This document shows positions 31,364 through 35,272 of a DNA stretch of 35,272 nt, in pieces. Source of the stretch: a virus; IMG/VR virus record IMGVR_UViG_3300029714_000026, positions 1-35,272 of that record. One strand, given 5' to 3'. The notes under the pieces are model-generated. The model saw nothing but the letters and a program-made list of their open reading frames with translations. It was not told the DNA's origin and did no database searches. Both the position numbers and the translations under genes were made by a program. The number at the start of each line of letters is the position of its first letter. Position 1 is the first letter of the stretch.

Positions 31364-31737
31364 GTGCCGTCCTCCATGTCAAGGCTCCAAAACTCGGCCA
31401 GCGTCTTGCACACCGGCTTTGTAAAGCCAATCAGATCCTCGCCCTTGGCAGCTGCCAGCAGCGCGTCACCATTGAGGAGGCAAATACCGCCGCCCTCCCA
31501 CAGATCGGATGCCCGGCCATTGTACGGCAGGTGGCGCAGCCGCCCCTCCTCGTTGACGATCAGGTCAATGCCATCCACCGGCTCTCGCGCCCACGTTATG
31601 CCCAGACAGCTGGGCGTTACCTCGATAGGGCCGCCCACCAGTTCCTGCATGGTTTCCAGCTTGATGCTGTCCCCATCGTCACAGGCCGCCAGTTTGCAGG
31701 GGCCCACTGCCGGGATAGAGATCATATATCTATCCAT
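31351..31737 (-). CDS. DUF3846-like protein
   Basis: ATG at 31737 after GAGGAGGG. LETMQELVGGPIEV...IDLIVNEEGRLRHLPYN matches my recollection of the DUF3846 core. Confidence 0.6.
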   Translation of the reverse strand: MDRYMISIPAVGPCKLAACDDGDSIKLETMQELVGGPIEVTPSCLGITWAREPVDGIDLIVNEEGRLRHLPYNGRASDLWEGGGICLLNGDALLAAAKGEDLIGFTKPVCKTLAEFWSLDMEDGTWND

Positions 31738-31750
31738 CAAAATTCCCTCC

Positions 31751-31951
31751 TCACGCTTTCGGCTCCCGTTCCAGCAAATAGTCAATGGAGCAATGGAACA
31801 GATCCGACATCATTACAAGTTTTGACTGTGGGATGCTGCCGTGGGCCATCCAGTTGTAAACAGTCTTTCGCGTCACGCCGAGGTGCTTTGCAAGATCTTC
31901 CACGGTCATTCCTGCCCGGCTGCGTTCTGCGTTAATATTGGGATAAGACAC
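31751..31951 (-). CDS. Cro-like XRE-family HTH regulator
   Basis: 66 aa. GTG start 7 nt after GAAAGGAGA. MTVEDLAKHLGVTRKTVYNWMAHGSIP is an HTH. Divergent from the repressor gene. Confidence 0.75.
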   Translation of the reverse strand: MSYPNINAERSRAGMTVEDLAKHLGVTRKTVYNWMAHGSIPQSKLVMMSDLFHCSIDYLLEREPKA

Positions 31952-31975
31952 CTTGAAATCTCCTTTCTGTCTTTC

Positions 31976-31994
31976 GTTACTCGTTTTGAGTAAC
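31976..31994. promoter_or_regulatory. Operator-like palindrome GTTACTC-N5-GAGTAAC
   Basis: Perfect 7-bp arms between the Cro-like RBS and -10-like TATAAT/TATACT elements of the leftward promoter. Confidence 0.55.
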
Positions 31995-32080
31995 CACTAT
32001 TATAGTATACCCGAAACGAATATTTGTAAAGAAAAAAATTACCCAATTTGAACAGCCGATTTTTGTCTAAACCGCCCAAA

Positions 32081-32110
32081 TTGAGTAAAACGCATTGTTT
32101 CATTACTCAA
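32081..32110. promoter_or_regulatory. Second pair of the same half-site: TTGAGTAA-N14-TTACTCAA
   Basis: The same TTACTC/GAGTAA hexamers in the opposite relative orientation. It overlaps the -35 region of the rightward promoter (-10 TATTATAAT at 32117-32125). Confidence 0.5.
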
Positions 32111-32147
32111 AATGTGTATTATAATAACTAGAAAGGAGTTGGTGCAA

Positions 32148-32759
32148 ATGAATCGCCTATCTCAGCTCCGTCAAGAAAAAGGGCTCAATATGAGAGAGGC
32201 TGCACGCGGACTAAATATGCCGTACACAACGTATGTGAACTATGAGAAGGGCACAAGAGAGCCAAACTCGGAAACGCTCATTGCGTTGGCAGAATTTTAC
32301 GGGGTGTCAATTGACTATCTCCTGTGCAAGAGCAGCACCCCCAACAGTGGCGAGATCCCGCCGGGATTTCAGCCAATGCCCGCCATGACAGAGGTGCCAC
32401 TGGTTGGCCGGATCGCCTGCGGCACGCCGATCACGGCAGAGGAGAACGTGGAGCGCATGGTCTGTGTCCCCTCAAAATGGCACGCCACCTTCACGCTGAC
32501 CTGCGAGGGCACCAGCATGGAGCCGCGTATCCATGACGGCGATCTGGTAGCTATCCGCAGTCAACCCACGGTGGAAAACGGCGAGGTTGCCGCTGTGCGG
32601 ATCGAGGGAGAGGCCACCCTGAAACGGGTATATTTGCACAGCAACTTTATCGAGCTGCGGGCCGAAAACCCGAACTTTGAAAGCATTATCCTTGCCAAAG
32701 AGGACATGAACACCGTAACGATCGAGGGCAAGGCCGTGGGGCTTTGCAGGGATATCTAA
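32148..32759 (+). CDS. CI/LexA-like repressor: XRE HTH plus S24 autopeptidase domain
   Basis: ATG at 32148 after AGGAG. N-terminal HTH LNMREAARGLNMPYTTYVNYEKG. C-terminal GTSMEPRIHDGDLVAIR (catalytic Ser) and ATLKRV (Lys). Confidence 0.85.
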   Translation: MNRLSQLRQEKGLNMREAARGLNMPYTTYVNYEKGTREPNSETLIALAEFYGVSIDYLLCKSSTPNSGEIPPGFQPMPAMTEVPLVGRIACGTPITAEENVERMVCVPSKWHATFTLTCEGTSMEPRIHDGDLVAIRSQPTVENGEVAAVRIEGEATLKRVYLHSNFIELRAENPNFESIILAKEDMNTVTIEGKAVGLCRDI

Positions 32760-32776
32760 AACACGGAGGTGAGAGC

Positions 32777-33334
32777 ATGAAAGGAGTAGCCAGAATCGGC
32801 GTAGTGGCAGGCGTGATGGTTCTTTGCCTGACGGCTTGCGGTGAAAGCAGAATTTCAGTATCATCGGAAACTACGTCCGCTATTTCGCAACCTGCAGAAG
32901 TGTCAACGGAGTATTTCAAATCTGATAAGGGATTGAATCATTTCTTTCAGAAATATAATGAAATTGCTGAATATCCTTTTGAAGAGGAGCAAATACAGCA
33001 GGGAAACGTAAAAGCAAAGGCTTTAATCTCAACTGGCGATTTTTATATTGAGATGGTCAATAGCCGAAACGGCCTCGAAATTCTTATAGATGATGGCCCA
33101 GAAGAATCGGTTGCGCTTTACCCTGTTTTCCGAGATTTTTTGAAAGTCATGGACGACTCGCTTTCCGATGAACAAATTAAACAGGCATGGAGCGATATCA
33201 AGAAAATTGGGACAAAATATATGTATGATGGAAACTATACTTTAAACAGTTTAAAAATGAACTACAGCAATGTGGAATTTCAAGGTTCTCGTCAAGTGAA
33301 AGTCCATATCTACGGCCTGCAATATTCGGCATAA
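32777..33334 (+). CDS. Lipoprotein (moron; candidate superinfection-exclusion factor)
   Basis: ATG at 32777 after GGAGGTGA. Signal peptide with lipobox VLCLTAC. The body of the gene is markedly AT-rich compared with the rest of the prophage. Confidence 0.7.
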   Translation: MKGVARIGVVAGVMVLCLTACGESRISVSSETTSAISQPAEVSTEYFKSDKGLNHFFQKYNEIAEYPFEEEQIQQGNVKAKALISTGDFYIEMVNSRNGLEILIDDGPEESVALYPVFRDFLKVMDDSLSDEQIKQAWSDIKKIGTKYMYDGNYTLNSLKMNYSNVEFQGSRQVKVHIYGLQYSA

Positions 33335-33355
33335 CCAGAAGAGGAGTGCAATATT

Positions 33356-33826
33356 ATGGGGTTGCGATTCAGAAAAAGCATAAAACTGGGAGGTCTCCGT
33401 ATCAATTTTAGCAAATCTGGCATCGGGTACAGTTACGGCGTTAAGGGGCTTAGATACACGAAAACAGCTAATGGAAAGGATCGCATCACGGCCTCTATTC
33501 CGGGCACCGGTATATCCTATGTGGAAGAGAGCGCCAGAAAAAAGCGAAAAGGTTCATCAACGCAGCCAGTTGTACCGGAGCCAAAGAAAAATTATCGAAT
33601 TCCGCTGGCAATAAAAGCACTTGCCGTTTTGTGCGGCATCGGATTTGTTGCCTATTATATGGTGCAGGGGTTGGAAATGGTCACGGCGTTGTGTTCCGGC
33701 GCGCTCATGGGCGGTCTGAGCTATCTCGCTCTTTCCTTTCTGTATGGAGCGGCGGCGGAAGCAGTTGGCTCCTTGCTACACAAGGACGTCTCACCTGCGC
33801 AGAATGATGATCCCGAGGAAAAATAA
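33356..33826 (+). CDS. DUF4236-like protein with C-terminal transmembrane helices
   Basis: MGLRFRKSIKLGGLRINFSKSGIGYSYGVKGLRYT is the characteristic DUF4236 opening. It has 2 C-terminal TM segments. Confidence 0.7.
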   Translation: MGLRFRKSIKLGGLRINFSKSGIGYSYGVKGLRYTKTANGKDRITASIPGTGISYVEESARKKRKGSSTQPVVPEPKKNYRIPLAIKALAVLCGIGFVAYYMVQGLEMVTALCSGALMGGLSYLALSFLYGAAAEAVGSLLHKDVSPAQNDDPEEK

Positions 33827-33972
33827 AAAACAAAAAACCTCCCCCAGTGCGCCAACACCGGGAGAGGTTCCGATCAGGATGCCTGCGGTAGCATCGTAGA
33901 TCTCAAACAAGCCAAAACTTGCAGATCTATAATACCACCGCCGGGCAAAGTATTCAAGCGGAGGTATAAATA

Positions 33973-35100
33973 TTGAAATGTCAGAGAACCGCCTGCGGGC
34001 GGGATATCCCAGAGGACGCGCTGTTTTGCCCCTACTGCGGGAAAAAGCAGCAGCGCACGGCAGCGCCAAAGCCGCGCAAGCGTGCCAATGGCAAAGGCAG
34101 CGTGTACCGCCGGGGAAAATCATGGTGCGCGCAGTCGCGTATATATCGCGGCGGCGTTCTGGTGTTTGAGCGCATAAAAGGCGGCTTTCCCACACGGGCG
34201 GCAGCTGAGGAATATCTGGACGGATACACCCGCACCGGTGTGGCACCCAGATCCATGCGCCTGATTGACTGCTGGATGGCCTTGCAGGAAACAAAAAAGT
34301 GGCAGGCCCTCAGCAAGGACAAGCGCAGCCATTATGGCACCGCATGGCGCAGGCTGGAACGGATTCAAATGCAGGTCGTTGGGCAGATTCCCTTTAAGGT
34401 ACTGCAGGAACTGACGGATGCCGCGCCCGGTGACTACTATGCCCACAGGGATATAAAAACGCTTCTGGGCAAGCTGTATGAGGTAGCCGTTACCAGCGAG
34501 GCGCTGGACATGGCGCAGGACAAAACGGCCCTGATCGAACTGCCACCGGTGCCAGACAGCGAGAGGGACGCTTACACCGTGGACGAGGTACACGGGATGT
34601 GGATGGCATACCGCGCCGGGGACGATCTGGCCCGGTATGCGCTAATCCTGTGCTATACCGGCATGAGGCCGGGCGAGTTGATGCAGCTGGATCTCTCCAA
34701 CATCGACTTGCAGCGGCAGCGCATTGTGGGCGGTATTAAGACGGCAGCGGGCAAAAACCGGGAGATCCCCATAGTCACGGCCATTGTGCCGCTGGTGGCC
34801 GAGGCCATGCAGGTGGCCACCCACGGTCTGGCCGATGGCTGCCGTGAGCACTTCTATGATCGCTGGTGTCCGTCCGTGGAGCGCTGGGGAGGAAGGCCAC
34901 ACATGACGGCCCACAGCTGCCGTCACACGCTGGCAACGGCTATGGAGGCCGCCGGGGTGTCGGTGCTGCTGCAAAAGCTGATCCTTGGGCACGCTGTCAA
35001 GGATATCACGCAGCATTACAGCCGCCACCAGCCTTTTGAGGATAAGCTGGCCGCCGTTGAGCGTGCAACGGCCATTTTTAACGAGGATGCGGGTAGCTGA
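33973..35100 (+). CDS. int: Tyrosine integrase with an N-terminal zinc-ribbon
   Basis: TTG start 8 nt after GGAGGT. CQRTACGRDIPEDALFCPYCG. Catalytic pattern YTGMRPGEL (R), HSCRHTLAT (H-x-x-R), LGHAVKDITQHY (H...Y). Adjacent to attR. Confidence 0.88.
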   Translation: MKCQRTACGRDIPEDALFCPYCGKKQQRTAAPKPRKRANGKGSVYRRGKSWCAQSRIYRGGVLVFERIKGGFPTRAAAEEYLDGYTRTGVAPRSMRLIDCWMALQETKKWQALSKDKRSHYGTAWRRLERIQMQVVGQIPFKVLQELTDAAPGDYYAHRDIKTLLGKLYEVAVTSEALDMAQDKTALIELPPVPDSERDAYTVDEVHGMWMAYRAGDDLARYALILCYTGMRPGELMQLDLSNIDLQRQRIVGGIKTAAGKNREIPIVTAIVPLVAEAMQVATHGLADGCREHFYDRWCPSVERWGGRPHMTAHSCRHTLATAMEAAGVSVLLQKLILGHAVKDITQHYSRHQPFEDKLAAVERATAIFNEDAGS

Positions 35101-35156
35101 CCGGGTTGCCTGCAAAGCCCGATTTCTGCAACGATTCAACGCGGTTTTTTCTGGCT

Positions 35157-35218
35157 CTGCTAAGGGCGTAGGTCGTCTAAACAACGGCGCGAGGGTTCAA
35201 ATCCCTCCTACTCCGCCA
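35157..35218 (+). tRNA. Phage-borne 3' half of tRNA-Ser(GCU) (fragment, not a complete gene)
   Basis: CTGCTAA anticodon-loop-like heptamer, GGGCG, a long variable arm (GTCGT-CTAAACA-ACGGC), then T-arm, acceptor 3' strand, G73 and CCA. No matching 5' acceptor strand (GGAGTAG) upstream. Confidence 0.65.
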
Positions 35219-35272
35219 AGAAAATCCCTCGTAGTTTCGTGAAAACTGCGGGGGGTTTTCCATTTGTACAGA
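35174..35272 (+). repeat. attR: right copy of the 99-bp direct repeat
   Basis: Identical to 1-99. The window ends with the repeat. Confidence 0.9.

Noticed and set aside
31182-31430. 82-aa Arg-rich minus-strand ORF
   Set aside because: It overlaps the 3' end of the DUF3846-like gene out of frame. The gap is better filled by the 55-aa ORF at 31196-31363, which has its own RBS.
33836-33869. Hairpin AACCTCCCCC...GGGAGAGGTT after the DUF4236-like gene as a plus-strand terminator
   Set aside because: The U-tract would be on the minus strand only (the A-run precedes the stem on the plus strand) and the stem has a mismatch. It may still attenuate transcription, but I cannot support a directional call.

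Overview
The window is one complete temperate siphovirus-like prophage of about 35.2 kb, cut exactly at its attachment sites. Bases 1-99 and 35174-35272 are a perfect 99-bp direct repeat that carries the 3' end of a class-II tRNA-Ser(GCU)-like gene. Nearly all genes are on the minus strand, read right to left: (1) a Cro-like gene and small early ORFs, including an SPFH/prohibitin-like membrane protein; (2) a recombination module (Rad52-like, NinB-like, His-Me/HNH-like, SSB); (3) a replication module (initiator with an internal iteron origin, DnaB-type helicase); (4) a small cytosine-methyltransferase-like gene broken at a G9 tract; (5) a sigma-region-4-like late regulator. The late genes follow: (6) an aberrant tRNA-like gene, HNH, TerS/TerL, portal and a MuF head protein fused to an HExxH domain; (7) tRNA-Trp, scaffold, HK97-type capsid, connectors and major tail protein; (8) G/GT chaperones with a -1 slippery site, tape measure, Dit, Tal-like protein and tail fibres; (9) a complete diversity-generating retroelement (target, avd, TR, RT); (10) XkdX-like ORFs, an M15 endolysin and a holin. 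The plus strand carries only the lysogeny block at the right end: a LexA/CI-like repressor, a low-GC lipoprotein, a DUF4236-like membrane protein and a tyrosine integrase. The DNA is GC-rich by eye, so most long antisense ORFs in the track are artefacts. I also added several ORFs shorter than 60 aa by manual translation. All family names come from motif recognition and gene order only, with no database search, so product calls are hypotheses of varying strength. The strongest signals are the DGR, the MuF-HExxH fusion with its small downstream ORF, the homopolymer-broken methyltransferase, the two phage tRNA genes (one non-canonical), the iteron origin and the late-promoter/terminator arrangement.
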